From Nitrososphaeria archaeon (GTDB lineage: Archaea > Thermoproteota > Nitrososphaeria > Nitrososphaerales > JAAOZN01), in assembly GCA_029775855.1 (NCBI GenBank), contig JARVJZ010000002.1, positions 1-64,000 of the forward strand: a stretch of 64,000 nucleotides of DNA. Direction: 5' to 3'. The translations under genes were made by a program, and so were the position numbers. Below the pieces are notes generated by a model that saw only the letters and a program-made list of their open reading frames with translations, was not told the origin of the DNA and ran no database searches. Positions 45,505 to 55,495 of the stretch are shown piece after piece; positions within the stretch are counted from its first letter, which is position 1, and the number at the start of each line of letters is the position of its first letter.

Positions 45505-48051
45505 TTGGAAGGTAGAGAGGGAAGCCTATCTGAAAAGATCAAGGAACTAACTTCACACACCACATCTATACCTCCCTCTGTCCTCCTTTCAGCAACATAT
45601 GACGGTGAGAAGAAGAAGGCTGTGCTCAAATTTTACCACGAAAAGACTGGCAGAATATACTTCTGGTATGACACAACTGGGCATAAACCCTACTGCTACA
45701 CTAGACTAAAACCCTCTGAGTTAGGTGTGCTAGAGGGGAGAAATGATGTAGTCGAGCTCAGGGTTGAGCGAAAGACCGACCTTCTTAAGGATACGGAAGT
45801 AGAAGTTACCCGTATAGTAGCAACTGACCCTCTTGCCATAGGCGGCCCAAGTAAATCTAGTATACGCGATGTGATAGACGCTTGGGAAGCGGACATAAAG
45901 TACTATGAAAACTATCTATACGACAGCAACCTAATATGCGGCGCATATTATACTGTGGAAGAATCGATAAAACCTATCAAATATGAAATCCCAAGCTCGG
46001 TGGAGCGTAGACTTCAAAAGATCTTAGAAGAGGCAGACCCCGATTTAAGGGACTATATCTGCGAGTGGGCGTCGCTCTTAAGCCAGCCTCTCCCACATCT
46101 GCGTCGAGTATCCTTAGATATAGAGGTTCTTGCATCTGAAGCGAACCGAATACCTAACCCAGAAGAAGCTGCTCAACAGGTTATAGCCGCCGCTATGGTT
46201 GGAGACGATGGTTTAAAGAAGGTTCTTGTTCTAAAGCGCAACGATGATGCAGTTGCTGCACCACTTATAGGAGAAGGCGTGGTCTTTAAACTCTATGAGA
46301 ATGAGAGTGATTTGATAAGAGAAGTCTTTTCCACAATTCTACAATACCCAATTCTAGTCACTTTTAATGGAGACCAATTCGATTTAAACTACCTCTACCA
46401 TAGGGCGCAAAGGCTTGGCTTCTCAAAGGATGAGATTCCTATTACACTTGGGCGTGATGTCTCATACATTAAGCATGGTGTCCATATAGATCTTTACAAG
46501 ACCTTTAACAACAGATCTCTACAGATATACGCTTTTGGGGGCAAGTATGTTGAACATACCCTAGGTGCTGTTGCCGAGGCTCTACTTGAAGAAAGCAAGA
46601 TAGATTTCGAAGGGGAGATAAGCGAACTTTCAGCAGAAGAACTTGCTAGATACTGTTATAACGATGCACATCTAGCTATGAGACTTACAACCTTCAAAGG
46701 CGAACTTCTCTGCAAACTTTTGATTGTGCTCTGCAGAATCGCTAAGATGCCTTTGGATGATGTTTCGAGGTTAGGTGTTTCAAACTGGATTCGAAGTATG
46801 CTCTTCTTTGAGCATAGAAGAAGAAATATTCTGATACCTAAACAAAGAGAACTTGAGGAGAAAGGCGGAGCAGCTACCACAGCCATAATCAAAGGTAAGA
46901 AGTATAAAGGAGGCGTGGTAATCGAACCTAAAGCCGGAGTTTATTTTGATGTCAGCGTGCTTGACTTCGCAAGCCTATATCCAAGTATAATCAAAGTCTA
47001 CAACCTATCTTACGAGACCGTTAGATGCATACACGAAGAATGCAGAAGCAACATCGTCCCTGAAACTAACCACTGGACATGTAAGAAGAAAAGGGGCATA
47101 ACCTCGCTTCTAATAGGATCTCTACGGGATCTTCGAGTCAACTACTATAAGCATCTTGCCAAAGAACGCTCCCTCTCAGAGGACGATAGGGAACTATATG
47201 GTATCGTCTCACAAGCACTTAAAGTTATTTTGAACGCAAGCTACGGCGTTATGGGCGCTGAAATCTTTCCCCTCTATTGCTTGCCAGTAGCAGAGGCAAC
47301 AGCAGCCTTAGGAAGATATGTAATTAATAGAACAATAGAGAAGAGCCATGAACTTGGAATAGAAGTTATCTACGGAGATACAGACTCCCTCTTCCTAAGA
47401 AGCCCCAACCCAGATCAACTCGATGCGATAAAGAAGTGGGCTGAATCCGAACTCAACATAGAACTCGAACTCGATAAAACCTACAGATATGTTGCATTCA
47501 GCCAACGTAAGAAGAACTACATGGGAGTGCTTACAGATGGGAAAGTAGACGTTAAAGGACTCACAGGCAAAAAGAGCCACATCCCCGCCTTCATTAAACA
47601 AGCATTCTACGACTCACTAAAGATACTAAGTGAAGTTAAGACGAAAGAAGACTTCGACAAAGCCAAAGACAGCATCAGAGAACTTCTAAGAAAAAGATAC
47701 CTAGACCTAAAAAACAGAAGAATTCCCCTCCAAGATCTGGCTTTCAACGTAATGATAGGAAAAGCACCAGATAAATACACTGAAACCACACCCCAGCACG
47801 TAAGGGCTGCGAAGCTTCTTATGGCAAAAGGCAAAGAAGTGAAGGCTGGTGAAATCATAGCGTACGTTAAGACCATAACACCCCCAGGAGTAAAACCGAT
47901 CTCAATGGCTACTCCTGATGAGGTGGATACTGTGAAGTATCTTGAGCAGCTTAAGAGCACCTTTGACCAGATCTTAGACGCCCTAGGTTACGAGTTTAAC
48001 GAAATCATGGGTGTAACAAAGTTAGAAGAATATTTCTGGGGCGGCTCATAG
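45505..48051 (+). CDS. polB: family B DNA polymerase (PolB1-type)
   Basis: exonuclease SLDIEV, FNGDQFD, YCYND; polymerase DFASLYPS, KVILNASYG, YGDTDS, KKNY; KGKKYKGG linker; C-terminal PIP-like TKLEEYF; no intein-sized insertion. Confidence 0.95.
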   Translation: MEGREGSLSEKIKELTSHTTSIPPSVLLSATYDGEKKKAVLKFYHEKTGRIYFWYDTTGHKPYCYTRLKPSELGVLEGRNDVVELRVERKTDLLKDTEVEVTRIVATDPLAIGGPSKSSIRDVIDAWEADIKYYENYLYDSNLICGAYYTVEESIKPIKYEIPSSVERRLQKILEEADPDLRDYICEWASLLSQPLPHLRRVSLDIEVLASEANRIPNPEEAAQQVIAAAMVGDDGLKKVLVLKRNDDAVAAPLIGEGVVFKLYENESDLIREVFSTILQYPILVTFNGDQFDLNYLYHRAQRLGFSKDEIPITLGRDVSYIKHGVHIDLYKTFNNRSLQIYAFGGKYVEHTLGAVAEALLEESKIDFEGEISELSAEELARYCYNDAHLAMRLTTFKGELLCKLLIVLCRIAKMPLDDVSRLGVSNWIRSMLFFEHRRRNILIPKQRELEEKGGAATTAIIKGKKYKGGVVIEPKAGVYFDVSVLDFASLYPSIIKVYNLSYETVRCIHEECRSNIVPETNHWTCKKKRGITSLLIGSLRDLRVNYYKHLAKERSLSEDDRELYGIVSQALKVILNASYGVMGAEIFPLYCLPVAEATAALGRYVINRTIEKSHELGIEVIYGDTDSLFLRSPNPDQLDAIKKWAESELNIELELDKTYRYVAFSQRKKNYMGVLTDGKVDVKGLTGKKSHIPAFIKQAFYDSLKILSEVKTKEDFDKAKDSIRELLRKRYLDLKNRRIPLQDLAFNVMIGKAPDKYTETTPQHVRAAKLLMAKGKEVKAGEIIAYVKTITPPGVKPISMATPDEVDTVKYLEQLKSTFDQILDALGYEFNEIMGVTKLEEYFWGGS

Positions 48052-48093
48052 TTTAATCTTTAAGAATCGTTATATGCTGGGGTTTAGAGAGGA

Positions 48094-48657
48094 GTGGCTG
48101 GAGATAAAAAGGGCTTGATTATACCCGGGGATAAACTTGCAGTCATAGAGGAGTTTGAAGCTGGAGAAGGCACCTATGTAGATGATGGTGTGATAAGAGC
48201 AAACACTTTAGGCGTAGTTCATAAGAACTTTGCAGAAAGAAGAATAGAGGTTAAGCGTAAAAAGACCGTTAAAATACCAAAAGCTGGCGATATAATAATC
48301 GGTCAAGTAGAATCTGCGCAGGCTTCCGACATAAGCATAAGGATACACTTTTTAAACAATGAGCCGTCTCAAAAAGGGTTTGTCGGTATGCTCCTTCTGC
48401 GTGAGGATGAAAATAAGGTTGGCAAAAACAAAATACCGTGCAAAGTAGGCGACTTAGTCAGAGCCAAAGTATCCGCTAATGTGGATATGATCATAATCTT
48501 AAGCTTACTTTGCTCTAACTGTGGTGTAATTTATGCTGTTTGCAGCGTCTGTGGTGGTAAGTTGGTTAAAATGGATACAAGGTTAAAGTGTGTCGAATGC
48601 GGTAATATAGAGCACAGATTAGTCGCACCAGACTATGGTCTGGTCAAGTTTCCTTAA
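48094..48657 (+). CDS. csl4: exosome subunit Csl4
   Basis: PGDKLAVIEEFEAGEGTY, GDLVRAKV, GVIYAVCSVC...CVECGNIEHR. Confidence 0.88.
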   Translation: MAGDKKGLIIPGDKLAVIEEFEAGEGTYVDDGVIRANTLGVVHKNFAERRIEVKRKKTVKIPKAGDIIIGQVESAQASDISIRIHFLNNEPSQKGFVGMLLLREDENKVGKNKIPCKVGDLVRAKVSANVDMIIILSLLCSNCGVIYAVCSVCGGKLVKMDTRLKCVECGNIEHRLVAPDYGLVKFP

Positions 48658-48742
48658 TTCTACCCCTACCAGACGTTTACTTTATCTTTCAAAGACTTAA
48701 AGGTTTTATTTGCGTGCGTCGAGGGGTTTATGGTTAGCCTAG

Positions 48743-49663
48743 ATGAGTATCGCGGATAAGCCTCCAGCATACATTTGGTTCAACGGTTCGATCAAGCAGT
48801 GGAGTGAAGCGAAGATACCTATACTTACTCACGCCCTACATTATGGCACAGCGGTCTTTGAAGGAATTCGAGCATACCCATCTGCCGATAACCTAAACAT
48901 CTTTAGGCTTAGGGAGCATCTGGAAAGGTTATTTTACTCCGCTAAGATCTACTACCTTAACTTAAACTACAGTGTTGATGATCTTATTCAAGCCACAATA
49001 GAGGTGATTAGAAGTAACGGGTTTAGAGGTAGGACATATATTCGCCCAATAGTGTTTGTGGGTTTTGGCGGTATAGGTTTAGACTACACAGGTTTCCCTG
49101 TAGACATTGCTATTATCGCAGTTCCATTTGAGAGATACTTCCATAAGTCTGCGGTAAGGGCTAAGGTGTCAAGTTGGAGGAGAATATCCAATGAAGCAAA
49201 CCCTCCTTTAGCCAAGGCTTCTGGGAATTATCTTAACTCCGCATTGGCTAAGCAAGAGGCTATAAGAGACGGATACGATGAAGCGATACTGCTTGATCAA
49301 AGGGGGTATGTAGCAGAAGGCACAGGCGAAAACATATTTCTCATAAAAGATGGTATAGCATATACACCGCCTATCAATTCAAGCATACTTATCGGCATCA
49401 CAAGAGACACAACGATAAAACTACTTACAGACCTAAACTACAAGGTTGTTGAAAGAGATATAGAGAGAAGCGAACTCTACATATGCGACGAAGCGTTCTT
49501 CTGCGGCACAGCTGCAGAGATAACACCCATAGTGGAAATAGACAAGAGAAGAGTAGGGAATGGTGAGATAGGGCCTATCACAAGGCAGATTAAAGAAGCT
49601 TATCTTGATGTTGTCGAGGGTAGAAACAAGAAGTATGCACACTGGCTCACAGCGGTCTACTAA
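48743..49663 (+). CDS. ilvE: branched-chain amino acid aminotransferase
   Basis: HALHYGTAVFEGIRAY, YIRP, AKASGNY, EGTGEN, ILIGITR, GTAAE. Confidence 0.95.
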   Translation: MSIADKPPAYIWFNGSIKQWSEAKIPILTHALHYGTAVFEGIRAYPSADNLNIFRLREHLERLFYSAKIYYLNLNYSVDDLIQATIEVIRSNGFRGRTYIRPIVFVGFGGIGLDYTGFPVDIAIIAVPFERYFHKSAVRAKVSSWRRISNEANPPLAKASGNYLNSALAKQEAIRDGYDEAILLDQRGYVAEGTGENIFLIKDGIAYTPPINSSILIGITRDTTIKLLTDLNYKVVERDIERSELYICDEAFFCGTAAEITPIVEIDKRRVGNGEIGPITRQIKEAYLDVVEGRNKKYAHWLTAVY

Positions 49664-50480
49664 ACTTGTTGTAGCCTTCCAAGGGGAGAGAGGCGCATAT
49701 AGCGAGGAAGCAGCCTTAGCATACTTCGGCTCACATATAGAGTTTCTGCCTTGCAGAACCTTACGACTGGTATTTGAGGCTGTAGAGGGTGGTAGAGCAG
49801 ATGTAGGTATGGTTCCTGTGGAGAATTCTCTTGAGGGTGCTATTTCAGAGACCTACGACCTTCTTATAGCAAGCAATCTTAGTGTATGTGGCGAATACAA
49901 CCTAAGAGTGAGACACTGCTTAATCACAAATAGGGGAGTGAAGTTAGAAGATATTAAGAGGGTGTATTCACATCCTCAGGCGCTCGCTCAGTGTAGAAGA
50001 TTCTTAGAAAAGATTGGTGCTGAGCTTATACCTTATTATGATACCGCTGGCAGTGCATATATGTTAAAGAAAGATGGGTTGATGGATACCGCGGCTGTAG
50101 CGAGTAAAAGGGCTGCTGAAATCTATAATCTCCAGATACTCGCCGAATCAATAGAAGATAGTCCAAACAACTATACCCGTTTCCTTGTTATAGGTAAAGC
50201 AGACCATGAGCCTACCAGTAGGGATAAGACTTCTTTAGTCTTCACAACCAAGCATGTTCCAGGCGCACTCTACGCTGCGTTAGGCGTCTTCGCTAAAAGA
50301 ATGATAAACTTGACGAAGATAGAGTCGAGACCTACAAAGCAGACACCTTGGGAATACAACTTCTTCGTGGATTTAGAGGGGCATAGGTTAAATGCAAACG
50401 TGTCCGAGGCTTTGGAGGAACTCAAGTCTTATACGCTTTCCATCAAGATTCTAGGCTCTTACCCAAAGGCTGAACAGTAA
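49635..50480 (+). CDS. pheA: prephenate dehydratase (monofunctional)
   Basis: VAFQGERGAYSE, PVENSLEG, YSHPQALAQC, NYTRF, INLTKIESRP, LGSYP; start uncertain (overlaps ilvE). Confidence 0.93.
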   Translation: MHTGSQRSTKLVVAFQGERGAYSEEAALAYFGSHIEFLPCRTLRLVFEAVEGGRADVGMVPVENSLEGAISETYDLLIASNLSVCGEYNLRVRHCLITNRGVKLEDIKRVYSHPQALAQCRRFLEKIGAELIPYYDTAGSAYMLKKDGLMDTAAVASKRAAEIYNLQILAESIEDSPNNYTRFLVIGKADHEPTSRDKTSLVFTTKHVPGALYAALGVFAKRMINLTKIESRPTKQTPWEYNFFVDLEGHRLNANVSEALEELKSYTLSIKILGSYPKAEQ

Positions 50481-50515
50481 ACTTAACTACTACATAAACC
50501 ACTACTTTAGCTGAA

Positions 50516-51268
50516 TTGAGGATCTGGTGGCAAGACCCCATACCTAAGCAGCCTTGGGTGGATAAGTATCATAGTTGGATTAAAGAAGCTGCCGGCTTGA
50601 TATGTGAGGCGGATAATGTGGTTGACATCTACTCTTTAGAGAAAGGCTACCCTTCGCCTACACCATCCTATCCACACCTCTATAACAGCCTACAGATCGT
50701 TAAGAGCATACATAGGGCTGAAGAGCAAGGTTATGATGCTGTTGTGCTTGGATGTATGCTGCAAGGCGGCTTAAAGGAGGCTAGATCCATAGTAAACATA
50801 CCTGTAGTGGGTGCTTTTGAGTCAGCAGCTTGGCTGGCAACAATATTAGGTCGGAAGTTTTCAGTGTTAGTCACCGATAGGTCTGTTAAACATATCGCTG
50901 AGGAGCTGGTCGAGCAATATGGGTTAGAGCGGCGAGTTGCAAGCATAAGGTGCTTAGAGGGCGGCACATTTAAGATGATGATGACTGAAACTGAAAGCTA
51001 CCTACAAGTGGTTTCAACCGCGATTAAAAGGCTCAGCGAGGAAGACGGTGCTGAGGTGGTCATACCTTTCTGCACAATAACTGGAGCATTGCTTGCATCA
51101 AGGAAGTTGTTAAATTCATTTGAAATTCCAATCGCCGAGCCTGTATCCGCATCTCTAAAGGTGGCTGAGGCTATGAGTAAGCTAGGTAAGAGCTTTAACT
51201 TGAGTGTATGTAGGAAGAGCGTGTATATGAAGCCACCTAAGTCTTTCTTAGATAAGATACCCCTTTAA
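50516..51268 (+). CDS. Asp/Glu/hydantoin racemase family protein
   Basis: AEEQGYDAVVLGC, EARSIVNIPVVG, EDGAEVVIPFCT: both catalytic Cys positions present. Confidence 0.8.
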   Translation: MRIWWQDPIPKQPWVDKYHSWIKEAAGLICEADNVVDIYSLEKGYPSPTPSYPHLYNSLQIVKSIHRAEEQGYDAVVLGCMLQGGLKEARSIVNIPVVGAFESAAWLATILGRKFSVLVTDRSVKHIAEELVEQYGLERRVASIRCLEGGTFKMMMTETESYLQVVSTAIKRLSEEDGAEVVIPFCTITGALLASRKLLNSFEIPIAEPVSASLKVAEAMSKLGKSFNLSVCRKSVYMKPPKSFLDKIPL

Positions 51269-52662
51269 CCGCCTAGGTTCAGATCATCATGTATCGCTTT
51301 TAGAGCGGTCAACGCATCCTTCTCCTTTACAACGAAGGATATGCTGAGCTCAGACGAGCCTTGAGCAATCATCCTTATGTTTACCCCTCTCTTGGCTACG
51401 GCACCAAAGATCCTTGCAGCAACCCCGGGTGTGCCTTGCATACCAGCACCTATAGCCGCTACTACAGAGACATCGTCTTCAGCGTGAACTTCAGAGACAA
51501 CCCCTTTACCCAAAAGAGCCAACTCTAACGCTGTGACAGCTTTATGAAGCTTGCTGCGATTAACTACAACACTAATGTTTGATTCGGATATGCTTTGTGA
51601 GATCATTAGGATGTTTACACCGCTCTTCGAGAGGATATCAAATATCTTCGCCGCTGTACCCAGTTTGCCTACCATCCCCGCTCCGCTGACCGTTATAAGA
51701 CCTACATCCTTCACCAGAGCAAGCGCTTTAACTACCTCACCTTCTTTAAGCTGCGTAGTGGAAGTTATGAGCGTCCCCGCATTCTCTTCTGCAAAGGTAT
51801 TCTTCACCCTAACTGGGATGCCTTCTTCTGCTATCGGCTCTATCGCTCTTGGATGTATCGCCTTGGCTCCAAGCGCAGTCATCTCACGCGCCTCTGCGTA
51901 GGATATTTGAGGCACAGTCTTCGCATTAGGTATTAGCTTCGGATCTGCAGTCATTATGCCATCTACATCAGTCCACAACCAGACTTCATCTGCCTTTACC
52001 GCTGCCGCTATTAGCGTTGCTGTGAGATCTGAGCCGCCTCGCCCTAAAGTAGTTATCTCTCTGTTCTGCGTCTCCCCTATAAATCCGGTTACAACTGGAA
52101 TTATATTCTGCTCAAGCAGCGGGTTGAGCTTACTCCTAATCCTAGATTTAGAAGCTTCAAAGAGCGGCGTTGCCTCACCAAAGGCTTCGTCTGTAAGTAT
52201 ACCAGCTTCTCCACCTTGAAGACGCAAACAGTCAACCCTAAGATCTTTAAGCGTGTGCTCCAAAAGTATACTTGATAATCTTTCGCCGTAAGAAAGGATT
52301 AGGTCTCTCGTTCTCGGTGTTACTTCCTTCAGCAAGGTTGATGCTGTCATAACTTTTTCAAGTTCTGTAAGGAGTTTAGATACCTCTTCTTGTGCTGCTG
52401 CCCTTAAATTATCGCTTTTTATAATATTTGTAGCTTCTATATGGATTGCACGTAAGACCTCTAAATGCTCTCTTATCGCTTCTCTGTTTCCGTTCTTTGC
52501 TAACTCGGTAAGCACAAGTAGCTTGTCGGTAACATCATCCATAGCTGATACAACCACAATGAGACTGTGGTTCTGCTTGTAGCGCTCGATTATACTGCCA
52601 CACCTTAGGATTCTACTACCATCCGCTAAGGATGAGCCTCCAAACTTCATTACAATCTTCAT
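51265..52662 (-). CDS. lysC: aspartate kinase
   Basis: MKFGGSS, VVVSAM, SYGERLS, TTLGRGGSD, WTDVDG, two ACT domains. Confidence 0.95.
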   Translation of the reverse strand: MKIVMKFGGSSLADGSRILRCGSIIERYKQNHSLIVVVSAMDDVTDKLLVLTELAKNGNREAIREHLEVLRAIHIEATNIIKSDNLRAAAQEEVSKLLTELEKVMTASTLLKEVTPRTRDLILSYGERLSSILLEHTLKDLRVDCLRLQGGEAGILTDEAFGEATPLFEASKSRIRSKLNPLLEQNIIPVVTGFIGETQNREITTLGRGGSDLTATLIAAAVKADEVWLWTDVDGIMTADPKLIPNAKTVPQISYAEAREMTALGAKAIHPRAIEPIAEEGIPVRVKNTFAEENAGTLITSTTQLKEGEVVKALALVKDVGLITVSGAGMVGKLGTAAKIFDILSKSGVNILMISQSISESNISVVVNRSKLHKAVTALELALLGKGVVSEVHAEDDVSVVAAIGAGMQGTPGVAARIFGAVAKRGVNIRMIAQGSSELSISFVVKEKDALTALKAIHDDLNLGG

Positions 52663-53681
52663 TCATACCACCTCTGCGCCATTCGGTATTTAACTTCAAG
52701 CAGATCTCTTAAGATCGCGCTTGCTGTCTCCATGCCACCTGCACCCTTACCTATTATTATTTCGTCACCAGCATACTGTGAGACAAATCTAACAGCGTTC
52801 AATGTGCCGGATATGCAAATAGGGTCGTTGCGATTTATCAGCCTAGGTTTCACATCGATTCGCTCCGCTACTCTACCAACAAGCTTTATGCTTTTACCTT
52901 TTTTCTTCGCCTCTTCTATATCACTCTTCGTGACGTGAGTGATGCCTTCTACACTAAGATCTTTAAGAGTAACCCCTCTTCCCATAAGCCAATTTGCTAT
53001 AATCACAGTCTTGCATGCGGTATCCCAGCCTTCAACATCCAAAGTTGGGTCAGCCTCAGCGTATCCCAGCCTCTGCGCTTCTTTTAGGGCTTCTTCAAAA
53101 CTTTTACCCTCAGCCTCCATTGAAGAGAGTATGTAGTTTGTTGTGCCATTCAATATACCTTCAACCATAACCAACTTGTCAGAAGCTAAACACCTTTTAC
53201 CAAAGTCTAGAATAGGTGTTCCCCCTCCTACTGTGCCGCTGAAGAGCAGAGCCACATTATTGTATCTAGATAACTCAATGAGCTCAGGTAGAGCCAAAGC
53301 TAGCGGACCCTTATTGGTCGTTATAACATTACGCTTAAGCTTAAGAGCATATTCAATATGTGATAAACCTGGTTGGGCGGTCTTTATGTTGGTTGGTGTG
53401 GTTTCGACTACAACATCCAGATCCAAGTTTGATATCAAATCTAAGGCTGAAGCATCTTTCTTACCATGTTTAGATGCCGCTACCGTGCCCTCTCTCTTCT
53501 TGACCTCTAAGACCTCTGCTAGATCGAGCTCTGGATTGGCTACAGCAGCCCCACCTTTATCGACAACACCCACGATCCTAGGGTTAAGACCGTGAACCTT
53601 CACAAGCTCATTCCTTCTCTCCAATATGAGCTTAGCGAAACTCTGCCCCACTACACCGAACCCTATGAGCAATATACGCAT
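52659..53681 (-). CDS. hom: homoserine dehydrogenase
   Basis: IGFGVVG, TTNKGPLA, TVGGGTP, GILNGTTNY, AQRLGYAEADP, GAGGMETAS. Confidence 0.95.
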   Translation of the reverse strand: MRILLIGFGVVGQSFAKLILERRNELVKVHGLNPRIVGVVDKGGAAVANPELDLAEVLEVKKREGTVAASKHGKKDASALDLISNLDLDVVVETTPTNIKTAQPGLSHIEYALKLKRNVITTNKGPLALALPELIELSRYNNVALLFSGTVGGGTPILDFGKRCLASDKLVMVEGILNGTTNYILSSMEAEGKSFEEALKEAQRLGYAEADPTLDVEGWDTACKTVIIANWLMGRGVTLKDLSVEGITHVTKSDIEEAKKKGKSIKLVGRVAERIDVKPRLINRNDPICISGTLNAVRFVSQYAGDEIIIGKGAGGMETASAILRDLLEVKYRMAQRWYE

Positions 53682-53749
53682 ACCAACACAACCTCTTTAC
53701 ACACCCCTATTATGCTTTAAGCAAGATATATACGTGACAAGACCACTTC

Positions 53750-55490
53750 TGTAGTCTTTAAAAGAAAATCTTATCGATTTTCTCTGTGTTATGAATTAAG
53801 GATAAAGCTCATTGGCCAAAAAGACTTAACCCCCCTTATTCTTGTTCGTTAGTCTAAAATTTTAGCTCTAATTAGTAAATACAAGAAAATTAGTTCTACT
53901 TGCTTCAGTAGATATACTTGAAACAGATGTTCTACTTTTAACAATTCATCCATATTAGGTTTGTACTTCTAACATAGCCAAATTTATTCATATGCCAAGT
54001 AGCCTATATCATCGGCAGCATTATATCAACACGGTTTATGCACACCAATTTATTAGCGAAGAATAATATGTCCTATTATCAACGTAAAAGAATTTGCCCA
54101 AAATATCTCTGAAAGATTCCTCTAGTGGTATATTTTTTTTACCTCTTTCGGATGCGTACTTTGCATCATACCATTGTTCTTTAAAGATTTGTGCTCCTTG
54201 ACGTAAAGCTCTTCGAGCAAAAGGATATGCGTGCACATCATCTTTAATACCGTACATAGGCATCTTGTTAAAAAGTGGACCAAAGTTTTTACTAGCATAA
54301 CTTGTAAATTTAGAGTAGAGTTCTTTAAAATTATCAGACCAGAAATCTGGATGATATATAGGTTTATTATCTTTAAAAATTATAGTTATTCTTTCTTTTG
54401 AAGATGTGCTAAGTAAATATGTTTCATTTACACCAAAACCAGCGATGACTGTAGGTCGAAAGTTTGGAAGTTCGTTAGATATTTCTAATAGATTATAAAA
54501 AGCCCTAATATTATAATCAAAAAGGTCTGAAGAAGAGCATGCTTCAAGATTCCACCCGAAAAGAGACTTGAACAGAGCTAATTCATCCGCAGATCTATTT
54601 TGCGATTGCGTTATTAGTTCAAACTCTTGTACGTTGGTTCCTTTAATGGATATTTCTATGCATACTTTTACATTTTGGTTAACTTGATACAGTTCATTTA
54701 GCTTTTCCCTTAACAAATTACTATTTTCTTTTTTTCGCCCTACAAATATACCGTTGGTTTGAATTATTATTCCATTGTTAAACTTTTTACTATCCTTTTT
54801 ACTGACTTCTATGAGAACATTAAAAAGGAATTTAATGTAATCCTCATTAAGAAGAGGCTCGCCACCAAGAATTCTTAACCAATTATAACTCTGATAATTC
54901 TTAGGATATTCTATGCCCAAGTAATCAGAAACTAGTCTACTTACGTCAGATATGCGAGTAACCCTACGATTTTTTTGGAATCTATCAACCCAAGCATAAT
55001 CTGACGCAAAGCAAGGGCCACATTTTAGGCAACAACCAGCGAATCTTAGTGCAATTTCATAAGGCGCACCACCGCACCTTTGAATCGCAAACGTCTTATT
55101 ATAGCCTTTAAAACCTGTATCTGTCTCGTTTCCGAGATCTTTTTGAAGAGCCAAAAAAACATTTTGAGTATAGTTTCCATTTAAAGTGAATTGCTTGGTT
55201 GGAGAACTCAAAGCACCTTGTATAATCGCTATGCTTCCTAATAAATTTTATGTATTGTTAAAAATATGTATGAATCTTTACATATAAGTATAAACGTTAC
55301 ATGAATGACAAAATTTAAGATTTGATAATTTAGAAAAGCTCCTGAAGAATAAATCAAAACACGCTATAAGAAAGATTCAAAAAGAAGACTTTTAGGCATA
55401 TACGTTAAGGAAACAGAAATGTGACATATCTTTATATTCTCTTTTTTCAAAGTAAAGCTAAATAATAATTAAACCAAAACATAAGGCGAC
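53750..55490. other. AT-rich island between divergent hom and thrB
   Basis: visibly AT-richer than its flanks; one ORF with long apparently non-coding margins; boundaries approximate. Confidence 0.6.
54036..55211 (-). CDS. radical SAM protein (COG5014-like, extended)
   Basis: GCCLKCGPCF = CxxxCxxC, RILGGEPLL, IQTNG, ISIKGT..EFELIT. Confidence 0.8.
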   Translation of the reverse strand: MSSPTKQFTLNGNYTQNVFLALQKDLGNETDTGFKGYNKTFAIQRCGGAPYEIALRFAGCCLKCGPCFASDYAWVDRFQKNRRVTRISDVSRLVSDYLGIEYPKNYQSYNWLRILGGEPLLNEDYIKFLFNVLIEVSKKDSKKFNNGIIIQTNGIFVGRKKENSNLLREKLNELYQVNQNVKVCIEISIKGTNVQEFELITQSQNRSADELALFKSLFGWNLEACSSSDLFDYNIRAFYNLLEISNELPNFRPTVIAGFGVNETYLLSTSSKERITIIFKDNKPIYHPDFWSDNFKELYSKFTSYASKNFGPLFNKMPMYGIKDDVHAYPFARRALRQGAQIFKEQWYDAKYASERGKKNIPLEESFRDILGKFFYVDNRTYYSSLINWCA

Positions 55491-55495
55491 ACCGT

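Noticed and set aside
45505-48051. Intein or inactivated polymerase
   Set aside because: Length is normal and all catalytic motifs are contiguous and intact.
54036-55211. Prokaryotic viperin call
   Set aside because: Lacks the viperin-like N.H....CNY.C.FCF context; motifs fit a COG5014-like family better.
55321-55395. Short frame FDNLEKLLKNKSKHAIRKIQKEDF*, possibly a gene remnant
   Set aside because: Too short, no start codon; cannot be supported without a search.
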